Below are positions 46,236-56,212 of a stretch of DNA of 64,000 bases, in pieces (within the stretch, counting starts at the first letter, position 1; the number at the start of each line of letters is the position of its first letter). The notes under the pieces are model-generated. The model had not been told where the DNA came from, made no database searches, and saw nothing but the letters and a program-made list of their open reading frames with translations. This DNA is from a virus. The stretch lies in IMG/VR virus record IMGVR_UViG_3300007513_000010. One strand, 5' to 3'. Made by a program: the position numbers and the translations under genes.

Positions 46236-47609
46236 ATGAATACAAAAACAATCATGCTCAAATTGAGCAAAAATTCATCAGTGGCTAGAGTGCCACTAAA
46301 CAGCAAAGGGGTTATGCAGTATATTTTTTGCATCAATGCCCTTGACCCGGGAGACATCGCGATGATTCCCAAAAGTAAGTCTCAGCCAAGAGATTTGGAT
46401 ACGAACTCTCCAAAGATCGCGGCGATTAGAAAGTCAATGCGCGAAAAGCAAGGTCTTTCTGTAAAGAATGGAGGACTGGAGATAACAATAGACCCAGATT
46501 CATTTCAGTATAGTGAAGAAGACGGTTGGGTCAAATTCACATGCTCTACTAAGTTTTGCGGATCATGGGACGGCCAACATACCACCGCAGCAATTTTGCA
46601 AGAAATTGCAGATATTTTACAGGGTAGATCCGAGGTCGGATTTGAGTTTCAAACTTGTAGAATAGTGCTGACGGAGGATTCTTATTTTGACTCCTTAGAA
46701 GAGAGGAGAGAGGTTGCTTGTGCAATCAATCATCGCACTCCTCAGGAGCCTCGCTCAGAGCATAATGTCAGAGGCGACTTTGATACACTAAAGAACAACT
46801 TGACAAAGTCATTTGGAAATATTGGTTTCAAGCAGAATCAAAAATATCCTCAGACCCTTGAGATTATACCAAAAGATTCCAGTGTAACAGAAGTTACAGC
46901 ACTTTTGGCTCAGTATATGGGTCTTAGTGCTTATGATGGGCAGGACATCGAATATGCCAATAAAGCAAGAAGAAAAGGAGCTAGAATCGTAAAGGACTTC
47001 TGGCCCAAAACAGCAAGTTACTCTGAGTTTTCAAGCCAGGTAGTTACTATGGCGGATACAACATTGGAAATCTGTGATTATATTCAGGACTCTTGGAGTA
47101 CCATCAATGGTTATGAGAACTACCGAGTTTTGAGAAAGCACTCGAAAACTAAATTTAACAAACCCGTGAACCTTAAGGAATCTGAAAGATACATTTATCA
47201 CAGATTTACCAAACCTTCAGTGGCTGTTGCAAACCCTAGTATTACAACTTCTTTGGAAGTGAAAAGTGCAATTTTGGAAGATTTCCTGCCAGTTGTTTTA
47301 AGAGCAGTCCTAAATTGCGTGGTAAAGGTTGATAACAAATATAAAGGAAATGGAGGTCCTCTGTTTTCTTTGAATATTCCACTTTCTGAGATTAAGGATT
47401 TTTGGGATTTTGCAAAAGAAGAAGTTTTAAAAGAATTTGAAGAAATTTTTTGCAAGAACTTTCAAACTGCAAATTATAGAACTTTTATTATTGTGGAGAA
47501 TCATTTGATTTGGAACAAGGTGAGTCAAAAGGTCAATGGCCTCTATACAGACTATCAGCTTTCATCTGTAAAAACGGCAATGAAAGCAATAGAGGTGGCA
47601 AATGGCTAA
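46236..47609 (+). CDS. AIPR/ParB-Srx-fold-like protein
   Basis: QPRD, KNGGLEI and WDGQHT motifs resemble AIPR-family N(N/G)G...NG(G/Q)QT and ParB-like DGQHR; SD AAGGAG before ATG 46236. Confidence 0.45.
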   Translation: MNTKTIMLKLSKNSSVARVPLNSKGVMQYIFCINALDPGDIAMIPKSKSQPRDLDTNSPKIAAIRKSMREKQGLSVKNGGLEITIDPDSFQYSEEDGWVKFTCSTKFCGSWDGQHTTAAILQEIADILQGRSEVGFEFQTCRIVLTEDSYFDSLEERREVACAINHRTPQEPRSEHNVRGDFDTLKNNLTKSFGNIGFKQNQKYPQTLEIIPKDSSVTEVTALLAQYMGLSAYDGQDIEYANKARRKGARIVKDFWPKTASYSEFSSQVVTMADTTLEICDYIQDSWSTINGYENYRVLRKHSKTKFNKPVNLKESERYIYHRFTKPSVAVANPSITTSLEVKSAILEDFLPVVLRAVLNCVVKVDNKYKGNGGPLFSLNIPLSEIKDFWDFAKEEVLKEFEEIFCKNFQTANYRTFIIVENHLIWNKVSQKVNGLYTDYQLSSVKTAMKAIEVANG

Positions 47610-48723
47610 GGCTTCCAAACTCAAAAAGGGTGCTTTAGATATTGCTTCTATCAGAGGCATTATCAACAAGAAGGCTGGTAGAGAGGTTGCTCACTCACTT
47701 CAGGATAATAATCCAACTGAAGTGAGTGAATGGATCTCTACCGGATCAAGGTGGTTGGATTCAATTATCTGCAAGGGGAAGCTTGCTGGCATACCAGTCG
47801 GTAAGATTTCGGAGATTGCCGGCTTGGAAGCAACCGGCAAATCATTCATGGCTGCACAAGTGGCTGGTAATGCTCAGAAGATGGGCATTGACGTGGTTTA
47901 CTTCGATTCCGAGTCAGCCCTTGACCCAAGTTTTCTAGAAAGAGCAGGTTGCGACCTAGAGCGCCTTATGTATGTTCAGGCTGAATCAGTTGAATTTGTC
48001 CTGGAGACTATTGAAGAGTTGCTAGGGACAGGGAACAAGTGGCTGTTTATATGGGATTCCCTGGCTCTAACACCTTCTATGTCAGATGTTGAGGGGGATT
48101 TCAACCCTCAGTCATCGATGGCTGTAAAGCCAAGGATTTTATCTAAGGGTATGTCAAAATTGACAGTACCAATCGCTAACAGTAAAGCAACGTTTCTTGT
48201 ACTCAATCAGTTAAAAACAAATATTACACGGTCACCATCTGAGGCTATGACAACTCCTTATGTAACCCCAGGGGGCAAAGCGATGCATTATGCTTATTCT
48301 TTGCGAATTTGGCTTACTGGGCGAAAAGCTAAAGCCTCTTTTGTGCAAGATGATAATGGTTTCAGGATAGGTTCAGAAGTCAAAGCAAAGCTTGAAAAAT
48401 CTCGTTTCGGTACAGCCGGCCGACATTGCAATTTTAAGATCCTATGGGGGGACGAGAGTATCGGAGTCCAAGATGAGGAGAGTTGGTTTGATGCGATTCA
48501 GGTCTCTGATAGGCTTCTCCAATCAGGGGCTTGGTTTACTTTGGTTCAGAATGATGGTACTGAAGTAAAGTTCCAGCGCAAGAACTGGGTAAGCAAGTTG
48601 GCCGATGAAAAATTCAAACAAAGTGTCTTGACAATTATGGACGAAGATGTTATTATGAAGTTCAAGAATAGAGAAGGCAAAGCTGACGATTTCTATGACA
48701 CGGAAGATCCTCCGGTCGAGTAA
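47602..48723 (+). CDS. recA: RecA/UvsX-like recombinase
   Basis: ISTGS, GIPVGKISEIAGLEATGKS Walker A, FDSE, WDSL, NQL and TPGGKA. Confidence 0.92.
   Translation: MAKASKLKKGALDIASIRGIINKKAGREVAHSLQDNNPTEVSEWISTGSRWLDSIICKGKLAGIPVGKISEIAGLEATGKSFMAAQVAGNAQKMGIDVVYFDSESALDPSFLERAGCDLERLMYVQAESVEFVLETIEELLGTGNKWLFIWDSLALTPSMSDVEGDFNPQSSMAVKPRILSKGMSKLTVPIANSKATFLVLNQLKTNITRSPSEAMTTPYVTPGGKAMHYAYSLRIWLTGRKAKASFVQDDNGFRIGSEVKAKLEKSRFGTAGRHCNFKILWGDESIGVQDEESWFDAIQVSDRLLQSGAWFTLVQNDGTEVKFQRKNWVSKLADEKFKQSVLTIMDEDVIMKFKNREGKADDFYDTEDPPVE
48628..48656 (+). promoter_or_regulatory. Sigma70-like promoter inside the 3' end of recA
   Basis: TTGACA-N17-(TGt)TATTAT. Confidence 0.55.
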
Positions 48724-48739
48724 CGATTAGCTCAACAAC

Positions 48740-48767
48740 GCCCAGCTCTTTGCTGGGCTTTTTTTTT
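48740..48767 (+). terminator. Rho-independent terminator after recA
   Basis: GCCCAGC-tcttt-GCTGGGC followed by T9. Confidence 0.85.
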
Positions 48768-48777
48768 GGAGAATGCA

Positions 48778-49737
48778 ATGAAGAGAGTAATGATTGTAGA
48801 CGCGTTTAACCAATTTATTCGTGGCTATATTGTGGACCCTAGTAAAAACCCCAATGGTAATCCAATTGGTGGAATGAGGACTTTTGTAAATATTTTAAAT
48901 AAAATCACAAGAGAAATTAAGCCAGACATGATTGTTGTTGTTTGGGATGGTCAAGGTGGTTCTCAAGCCCGCCGCGCCATGAACAAAGATTACAAAGCGG
49001 GTCGTAAGCCCCTGAGGGTTAACTGGTCTACGGAAGAAATGACCCCACAAGATACAGACAATAATAAGCTCTGGCAACAGATAAGAGTAGTGGAATACTT
49101 AAATCAAACACCCATAGTTCAATTTATGGAACCTGCAGTAGAGGCAGACGACGTAATCTCTTATGTTAAAGCTTCAAGCATGTTTCTGGAATGGCAAAAA
49201 GTAATTGTTTCAGCAGATAAAGATTTTATACAACTTTTGGACGACAAGACTGTTCTGTTCCGACCTATACAGAAAGAGGTTTTAAATAAAAACTCTGTCA
49301 TAGAGAAATATAAAATTCATCCTAACAATTTTGCACTCGCTCGAGCCCTATCTGGGGACCCTAGCGACAACCTGCCGGGCTGCCCTCGTGTTGGATTGGG
49401 AACAGTGGCCAAAAGGTTTCCGTTTATGATAGAGGAGGAAGAGGCGTATATATCAGACATACTAGAAGAGTGCAGAAAGGATGAGAGCGGGCTAAAAGTT
49501 TATTCTAATGTCTTGGAGTCTGAGCAACTCATTAAAGATAACTATGCGATTATGCAACTTTCTTCACCCTCTTTGTCAACACAGTGTCGTACCCGAATAG
49601 ATGAAACTTTTGAAGAATACTCTCCCCATTACAACCAAACCGAACTAAGAAAGTTGATGATCAAAGATGGTGTTTTAACAGTAAACATCGAGTCTTTAGA
49701 GCAGAAGTTTAACGATATTATTACTTCCTTTTCTTAA
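48778..49737 (+). CDS. 5'-3' exonuclease / flap endonuclease (T4 RNase H, Pol I N-terminal domain)
   Basis: IVDAFN, VWDG, YKAGR, EADD, SADKDFIQL and GDPSDNLPG..VG. Confidence 0.92.
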   Translation: MKRVMIVDAFNQFIRGYIVDPSKNPNGNPIGGMRTFVNILNKITREIKPDMIVVVWDGQGGSQARRAMNKDYKAGRKPLRVNWSTEEMTPQDTDNNKLWQQIRVVEYLNQTPIVQFMEPAVEADDVISYVKASSMFLEWQKVIVSADKDFIQLLDDKTVLFRPIQKEVLNKNSVIEKYKIHPNNFALARALSGDPSDNLPGCPRVGLGTVAKRFPFMIEEEEAYISDILEECRKDESGLKVYSNVLESEQLIKDNYAIMQLSSPSLSTQCRTRIDETFEEYSPHYNQTELRKLMIKDGVLTVNIESLEQKFNDIITSFS

Positions 49738-49755
49738 GAAAATGCGGTATAATTA

Positions 49756-49787
49756 ATAAAACAACGATAAAACAACGATAAAACAAG
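49756..49787 (+). repeat. 11-bp tandem repeat ATAAAACAACG x2.9 upstream of the helicase gene
   Basis: Copies at 49756, 49767 and 49778 (last one partial), just downstream of TATAAT at 49748-49753. Confidence 0.8.
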
Positions 49788-49796
49788 GAAACTGCG

Positions 49797-51194
49797 ATGG
49801 AAGCAGAAACTAACTTTTCAAGATTTGGAAAGTCTTTCCAAGAAGACTTGTGCCACCTTATTCTTAATGATCGCCCCTTCGCAGATCAGATGTTCGAAGT
49901 TTTAGATCTTAATTTTCTAGAATTAAAGCATCTTAGGGTATTTATAGGCAAAATAAAGCAATATAGAGCGAAATACGAAGTACACCCTACTTCAAAAATC
50001 ATGGCAACAATAATTAGATCAGGTCTTGAAGATCAGCCAGATTCTGTAAAGATTAGAATTAGAGAGTATTATGCAAAAGTACTATCCTCGGGAATTCTGC
50101 CAGATTCGGCAGATTACACCAAGGATATCGCTTTAGATTTTTGCAGGAAACAAAAACTAAAAGAGGCTCTCATGAGGTCGGTCGATTTAATAAAATCGTC
50201 TTCCTTTGATGAGGTGTCAAAAGTGATAGACAACGCCTTAAAGCTTGGATCGGACAATGACCTGGGATATGATTATTTAACAGACTTCGAAGCCCGATTT
50301 GCGTTGAAGTCTAGAGACCCAATAACAACGGGTTGGCAGCATATAGATGAGGTAGCGAAGGGCGGCCTTGGCAAGGGCGAGCTAGGGGTGGTTGTGGCAC
50401 CTACTGGTGCAGGCAAATCGATGGTCCTGGTCCATCTAGGCGCCCATGCTTTAAAAGCCGGGAAGAACGTTCTACACTACACTCTTGAGCTGGCAGACAC
50501 CGTTGTGGCCAGCAGATATGATTCAGCTATAACTGGGGTTAATCTCAATAATCTGACGGTCTTTAAAGAGAAGATATATGAAGAAATAAAAGATATAGAA
50601 GGACAGTTAATAGTCAAAGAATATCCAACGAGATCAGCGTCAATTCAGACTATTAAGAATCATTTAGATAAGTTACGTCGAAGAGGCTTTAATCCAGATT
50701 TGATAATTGTGGATTATGGCGATTTGATAAAACCAGAATTTTCAAAAAAAGACGAAAAAAGGCACCAACTCGAGACTATTTACGAAGAGTTGAGGGGCCT
50801 AGCACAGCAGCACGAGTGTCCAATTTGGACCGCTTCACAAACAAACCGCTCAGGATTAAATGCAGAGGTGATCACCATGGAGTCCATTTCGGAAGCTTTC
50901 AACAAATGTTTTGTTGCGGATTTTATCTTTACTGTTTCAAGGACCATAGAAGACAAAAATACAAATACGGGAAGATTCTTTATAGCCAAAAATCGTAACG
51001 GCCCCGATGGGCTAATCTATCCTATTTTTATGGACACTGCAAATGTGAGCATAAAGGTCCTAAACCAAACGAACGAGAGTATTAATGAGATTATAGATAA
51101 GTCTTCAAAGGAGAGACTAGAGAATTTAAAGCAAAAATACGCAGAATTTAAAAGCAAAAACAAGGAGGGTGAGTTTAGTGGAGTTATCAAATAA
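49797..51194 (+). CDS. Replicative DNA helicase (DnaB/T4 gp41-like)
   Basis: APTGAGKS Walker A, TLEL, IIVDYGD, WTASQTNR and KNRNG. Confidence 0.92.
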   Translation: MEAETNFSRFGKSFQEDLCHLILNDRPFADQMFEVLDLNFLELKHLRVFIGKIKQYRAKYEVHPTSKIMATIIRSGLEDQPDSVKIRIREYYAKVLSSGILPDSADYTKDIALDFCRKQKLKEALMRSVDLIKSSSFDEVSKVIDNALKLGSDNDLGYDYLTDFEARFALKSRDPITTGWQHIDEVAKGGLGKGELGVVVAPTGAGKSMVLVHLGAHALKAGKNVLHYTLELADTVVASRYDSAITGVNLNNLTVFKEKIYEEIKDIEGQLIVKEYPTRSASIQTIKNHLDKLRRRGFNPDLIIVDYGDLIKPEFSKKDEKRHQLETIYEELRGLAQQHECPIWTASQTNRSGLNAEVITMESISEAFNKCFVADFIFTVSRTIEDKNTNTGRFFIAKNRNGPDGLIYPIFMDTANVSIKVLNQTNESINEIIDKSSKERLENLKQKYAEFKSKNKEGEFSGVIK

Positions 51195-53040
51195 AATTTT
51201 GTCAGATATTACGGTGCACATGAAATACGCAAGGTACATCCCTGAAAAGAAGAGAAGAGAAACGTGGGAAGAATTAGTAATTCGAAACATGAATATGCAC
51301 TTAAGAAAGTTTCCAGAATTAGAACTACAGATTCACAAGGCATACAAGCTTGTGCACGAAAAGAAGGTGCTCCCCTCTATGAGGTCTATGCAGTTTGGTG
51401 GCAAGCCCATCGAAGTTGCTCCAAATCGAATTTTTAATTGTGCCTTTATGCCAATTAATGATTGGAGATCTTTTAGTGAGGCCATGTTTTTGTTGTTGGG
51501 CGGTACTGGCGTGGGATACAGTGTTCAACGCCATCACGTGGAGTGTCTCCCGGAGATAAGAAAACCAAACCCTAAACGTTCTCGTCGATTTTTGATCAAT
51601 GATTCCATTGAGGGGTGGGCCGACGCTGTGAAAGCCCTCGTGAGGTCTTATTTTTTTGGAGGTTCTCGTATACGCTTCGACTACTCAGATATCCGACCAA
51701 AGGGTGCGAATTTAGTTACTTCTGGCGGTAAAGCCCCCGGGCCACAGCCGCTGCGAGAGTGCTTGGTAAAACTCGAGGGTATGTTTTCTGAAAAAGAAGA
51801 AGGCGACAAGCTTGAGCCAATCGAGGTCCATGACATGGTTTGTCACATTGCGGACGCGGTCTTGGCAGGAGGCATCCGCCGCGCCGCCTTAATTTCATTG
51901 TTTTCTGCAGATGATCGAGAGATGATTGCTGCAAAGGCCGGGTCCTGGTGGGAACAGAATCCTCAGAGAGGGCGCGCCAATAATTCTGTGGTGTTGTTGA
52001 GACACAAAATTGATAAAGATTATTTTATGAATTTGTGGCATCGCGTACGCGCATCAGGCGCCGGCGAACCCGGGTTTTATTTTTCCAACGATAAGGATTG
52101 GGGCACCAACCCTTGTTGCGAAATCGGTCTCCGACCGAACCAATTTTGCAATCTGACAGAGGTCAACGTTTCCAATGTTGAAGATCAGGAAGACCTAGAG
52201 GACCGAGTTAGAGCCGCCGCATTTATAGGAACCCTGCAAGCAAGTTATACGGATTTCCATTATCTTAGAGATGTTTGGAGGAAAAACACGGAAAAGGACG
52301 CACTGATAGGCGTGTCCATGACCGGTATCGCATCCGGCAAGATATTAGATCTTGATATGAAAGCTGCAGCCCTGGAGGTCAAGAAAGAAAACCGCCGCGT
52401 AGCTATGCAGATTGGAATCAAGTTCGCCGCGCGCACTACCTGCGTCAAGCCCGCAGGCACCACCAGTTTAGTTTTGGGCACTTCTTCTGGAATCCATGCT
52501 TGGCATGCAGAGTTTTACTTAAGAAGATTAAGGGTTGGAAAGTCGGAATCTATTTATACATTTTTGCAAGAAAATCACCCGGAACTTTTGGAGGATGAAT
52601 ATTTCAGCCCTCACACAACTGCTGTAATTTCTGTTCCACAATCAGCACCAGGAAGTGCAATTTTAAGATCAGAGTCAGCGTTGCAACTCTTAAAGAGGGT
52701 GAAATCAGTGACAGATGGGTGGGTTAAGCCAGGCTTTCAAAAGGGCCAAAACACACACAATGTTTCTGCAACAATATCAATCAAAGATGCGGAATGGGCA
52801 GATGTTGGAGAGTGGATGTGGGAAAACAGGAATAGTTACAACGGGTTATCGGTTTTGCCATATGACGGAGGGACATATGTCCAGGCACCTTTCGAAGAAT
52901 GCTCAAAAGAAACATATGAAGCTATGTTATCTTCTTTAAGAGATTTGGATCTTTCTAAAATAGTTGAAATTGAAGATGAGACCAACCTCACTAGTGAGTT
53001 GGCCTGCGCAGGCGGCGCATGCGAAATTAATTTTATATAA
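51178..53040 (+). CDS. nrdJ: Class II (adenosylcobalamin-dependent) ribonucleotide reductase
   Basis: KYAR...RRETW, LPSMR, FNCAF, GTGVG, RRAA, TNPCCEI, CNL, KPAGT and C-terminal CAGGAC; no beta subunit nearby. GTG 51178 chosen from SD GGAGG. Confidence 0.88.
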   Translation: MELSNKILSDITVHMKYARYIPEKKRRETWEELVIRNMNMHLRKFPELELQIHKAYKLVHEKKVLPSMRSMQFGGKPIEVAPNRIFNCAFMPINDWRSFSEAMFLLLGGTGVGYSVQRHHVECLPEIRKPNPKRSRRFLINDSIEGWADAVKALVRSYFFGGSRIRFDYSDIRPKGANLVTSGGKAPGPQPLRECLVKLEGMFSEKEEGDKLEPIEVHDMVCHIADAVLAGGIRRAALISLFSADDREMIAAKAGSWWEQNPQRGRANNSVVLLRHKIDKDYFMNLWHRVRASGAGEPGFYFSNDKDWGTNPCCEIGLRPNQFCNLTEVNVSNVEDQEDLEDRVRAAAFIGTLQASYTDFHYLRDVWRKNTEKDALIGVSMTGIASGKILDLDMKAAALEVKKENRRVAMQIGIKFAARTTCVKPAGTTSLVLGTSSGIHAWHAEFYLRRLRVGKSESIYTFLQENHPELLEDEYFSPHTTAVISVPQSAPGSAILRSESALQLLKRVKSVTDGWVKPGFQKGQNTHNVSATISIKDAEWADVGEWMWENRNSYNGLSVLPYDGGTYVQAPFEECSKETYEAMLSSLRDLDLSKIVEIEDETNLTSELACAGGACEINFI

Positions 53041-53043
53041 GTG

Positions 53044-53072
53044 TTGATTTAAATGTAAAAAATTGGTATAAT
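53044..53072 (+). promoter_or_regulatory. Sigma70-like promoter
   Basis: TTGATT-N17-(TGg)TATAAT upstream of the GroES-like gene. Confidence 0.7.
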
Positions 53073-53115
53073 TTATATTAACATATATAGGTACAGCAAA
53101 ATAAAAGGAGCTACA

Positions 53116-53445
53116 ATGTCTAGAATTCTTGAGAGAATGAGGCCGGTTAACCGCCACCTTTTAATTATTCCGCACACAAAAAAGAAAGAACAAACACGTG
53201 GGGGGGTTCTGCTTCCGGATGGGTTTGATGACACTCCCGGGCGTTACTCTGTGGTAACTGTTGTGGATGCCGCCTCAGATTGTTCAAAAGATTTTAAAAG
53301 ATTTTCGCTAGAAAGGTACACTGAGACTATAGATAGAAAGGCCGTGGTGGAAACTTCAATGATAGAGGAGATTGAAGTTAATGATAAAAAGCATCACTTA
53401 ATACTAGAAAATTATGTAGTGGGGATCATAGAGTCGCCATCATGA
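53116..53445 (+). CDS. GroES-like co-chaperonin
   Basis: MRPVNRHLLI...EQTRGGVLLPD mobile loop and C-terminal LILENYVVGII. Confidence 0.75.
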   Translation: MSRILERMRPVNRHLLIIPHTKKKEQTRGGVLLPDGFDDTPGRYSVVTVVDAASDCSKDFKRFSLERYTETIDRKAVVETSMIEEIEVNDKKHHLILENYVVGIIESPS

Positions 53446-55475
53446 TGTGGAAGTCTACGTTTGTTATTTTACTTGTTTGCTTGTTTTCTTGTCAAGAAAA
53501 TGTGAGATCTGAATACTCCTCAGATTCAGCTTTAGACTCTGCAGTTCGCATTGCTGTTCCTGACGCCCGCCCTGATCGCCCACCTGTTCCTGATATTAGA
53601 ATTATTTATCCTCGGTATGATTTAGGTCCGGATGCCATTGTCGACGCAGCCCCTCCGCCCCCTGTGTGTGAAAGACTGGGTCTCAGAGAGCCGTGTGAAA
53701 TAGAGGGTCTGCATGGGCCTTGTGCTACCGGAACAAAGGTCTGCAATATAACTCACTGGTCGGCCTGTACCCCGATAAGTTTTCCAAGAATAGAGATTTG
53801 TGACGGCTTGGACAATGACTGCGACGGCCGCCTGAACGAGGCACCCAACAGTTTGCATGAAGAACAAGAAGACCCTCAAAATCTTTTGTTATCTCGCGCT
53901 TGCTACACTGGTTCCCCCGGTACACAAAAAAACGGCCCATGCCACCCGGGTGTATCCGTTTGCAGAGAGCGCACGCGTAATACTGATGCTGGTGTGGAAA
54001 ACTATTATGATTATGGAGAGTGTGAACAACAGACTGTGCCCTCAGAAGAGGAATGCGATACCATTGACAATGACTGCGATGGCAACACGGACGAGGGCGT
54101 GTTAAATATCTGTAATCAGTGCGGACCGGACCCTATTGAAGTGTGTGACGGCTTAGATAACGATTGTGACGACGACACTGACGAGGGGGTTCTGAATGAT
54201 TGCGGCGAGTGCGGCGAATTACCCCGAGAGTTGTGCGACTTTGTTGATAATGACTGCGATGGAAGTATAGACGAAGACTTTGCAGACGAAGTCTGTGCAT
54301 GCGACCACCCCGATTATGTACCTCAGCCAGAAACTTGCAACGGTGCTGATGATGATTGCGACGGTTTTGTTGATGAAGGTCCCGCTGGCGGACCTTTGTC
54401 AATGCTTTGTTCGACGGATTTGATTACGAACGAGGTCATAACGTACGAAAGAAGAGAAGATGGTCCCGAATATGTTGCAGGAGATTGTCGCTTAGGGGCG
54501 GCTTTCTGTGAATCAGTTCGCAACGCACAAGGAGAATTAGAACATGGATACTTTGATTGTCAGCAGGAGATCCGCCCAGGAATCGAAAGGTGCAATGATG
54601 CAGACGATGATTGCGATGGCTTGGCAGATGAGGACTTTGAACAAGGATCGGTTGCTGTTATGATGGTGGTCGACGTTTCAGGTTCCATGGATGAGGGAGA
54701 ATTAACCGCTGCGTTTACAGCGACAAGAGATTCAGTTCGCCGATTGTTTAATGATGGCATAGTAGATGTTTGTTATATGTTGGCTATAGTGGGGAATGAT
54801 GATATGCCAGACCCTTATTTATTTTACCCTGCAGACACGTGTGTTCCTGGGGTTGAAGATCCACCGGTTGTCCCAATTGAAGACATGGCAAACGCGGTCA
54901 ATACTTTGCGCCTCAACTTGCGAGCTGGCAATATTAATCAAGGTGGTGGCACAGAAAATACTTTAGATGCTATGGGGCGCTTTTTTACAGATGACAGGAT
55001 AGACTGGGACCGGGATGGAGCTAACGATAACATTCTTTGGAGTACAAGCCGCCCCGCTGCACGTATTCAAGGAGTTGAAGATGCTTGGGATGTAGATCTT
55101 AGTCAATATACCCACAGGATTGTAATTGTGATAGGTGACGAGCCGGCCCAAGGTGCAGAATGGAACAACCATGCAGTTGCTACGGCCATGGCGCACGCAA
55201 ACGGCATGGCTTTCATTATTGGGAACAGGCAAAACGCTCACAGTTATCAGCCATTAATAGATTTTGGAGCAGTTCACAGCCCTGGCTTGCAGGGATTCGG
55301 AAATCAAAATCAACAACAGATTATTGACACTGTGGTAGAGGCCATTGAAGAGGCAGCATGTATCAATAACAGGGAAGAAGAGGAAGAAGAAGGGGCAGCT
55401 CTTACGAAAAGCACCAGATACTATTACGCTTCTGCATTAACGAGAATGAATTACAGGCTAAGGATGTGTTTGTAG
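53442..55475 (+). CDS. Lipoprotein with six ExC(D/N)xxD(N/D)DCD Cys-rich repeats and a VWA domain
   Basis: Lipobox-like LFSC after a hydrophobic N-terminus; PDA/DA linker; repeats such as EICDGLDNDCDG; MIDAS DVSGS, GGTE and IGDE. Confidence 0.8.
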   Translation: MMWKSTFVILLVCLFSCQENVRSEYSSDSALDSAVRIAVPDARPDRPPVPDIRIIYPRYDLGPDAIVDAAPPPPVCERLGLREPCEIEGLHGPCATGTKVCNITHWSACTPISFPRIEICDGLDNDCDGRLNEAPNSLHEEQEDPQNLLLSRACYTGSPGTQKNGPCHPGVSVCRERTRNTDAGVENYYDYGECEQQTVPSEEECDTIDNDCDGNTDEGVLNICNQCGPDPIEVCDGLDNDCDDDTDEGVLNDCGECGELPRELCDFVDNDCDGSIDEDFADEVCACDHPDYVPQPETCNGADDDCDGFVDEGPAGGPLSMLCSTDLITNEVITYERREDGPEYVAGDCRLGAAFCESVRNAQGELEHGYFDCQQEIRPGIERCNDADDDCDGLADEDFEQGSVAVMMVVDVSGSMDEGELTAAFTATRDSVRRLFNDGIVDVCYMLAIVGNDDMPDPYLFYPADTCVPGVEDPPVVPIEDMANAVNTLRLNLRAGNINQGGGTENTLDAMGRFFTDDRIDWDRDGANDNILWSTSRPAARIQGVEDAWDVDLSQYTHRIVIVIGDEPAQGAEWNNHAVATAMAHANGMAFIIGNRQNAHSYQPLIDFGAVHSPGLQGFGNQNQQQIIDTVVEAIEEAACINNREEEEEEGAALTKSTRYYYASALTRMNYRLRMCL

Positions 55476-56212
55476 ACGGGTTGGTAATAGGAGGAAGCTT
55501 GCAGGCTTATTTGTATGCGATTTCCAAGGGCCTGTACATAATAGACAACACAAACAGTGCACCAAAGGCGCTTCCTCATGATCAGGTTTTTCAAAGTCGC
55601 CTACTGCCACAGCTGGAATTTTTCCAGTCAATGTTGGGCAAGTCGTTGCTCGCCGGGAGGCCTGACTCTTTAAAAGTTTACGCAGATCGTTGCAAAATAG
55701 TAAAAGGAAGAAGTACCAAAGAGGTAGCCTTTAGTCAGTGCTACATCTTCGACACGACAGCAGTTAAGTGTTACGACAATGACCTTGCCCCTCAAAACGG
55801 AAAAGTCAAAGTTACCGATTATTTTAAATTTAAAAATATGAAAAAAAATATTAATTTTAATACGTTAAGTACCTTAGATTCTTTTGTTTCAGAAGTGCAG
55901 TTTGTAAAATCTTCTAGCTCTAGTGTGGATTCGCCACATATCGGAGGTTGTCTAGCAATATCGCACCTTATGGAGAGTGATCTAGAAAAGTTTGACTTTT
56001 CAGATACCATGGTCAGATTTAAGTTGCTGGACCTGTTAAGAAAGAAGGGGTTCAAAGGAAAGAGGTCAGGCGTGTATAAGGATGGTTCAACTAAGTACGC
56101 CAGCATGAAGCTTTTTCATATAGATCGTTCAGTGGAACAGTACTCTTGTTTATATAAGGATAGTGATACTGTTAAGTTTCTTGGTTTATCGACTGAGAAA
56201 GCTTTAGATTGA
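55466..56212 (+). CDS. Hypothetical protein with degenerate Rossmann-like N-terminus
   Basis: DGLVIGGSLQAYLYA resembles the first beta-alpha unit of an FAD-binding fold but lacks the full GxGxxG. Confidence 0.5.
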   Translation: MFVDGLVIGGSLQAYLYAISKGLYIIDNTNSAPKALPHDQVFQSRLLPQLEFFQSMLGKSLLAGRPDSLKVYADRCKIVKGRSTKEVAFSQCYIFDTTAVKCYDNDLAPQNGKVKVTDYFKFKNMKKNINFNTLSTLDSFVSEVQFVKSSSSSVDSPHIGGCLAISHLMESDLEKFDFSDTMVRFKLLDLLRKKGFKGKRSGVYKDGSTKYASMKLFHIDRSVEQYSCLYKDSDTVKFLGLSTEKALD

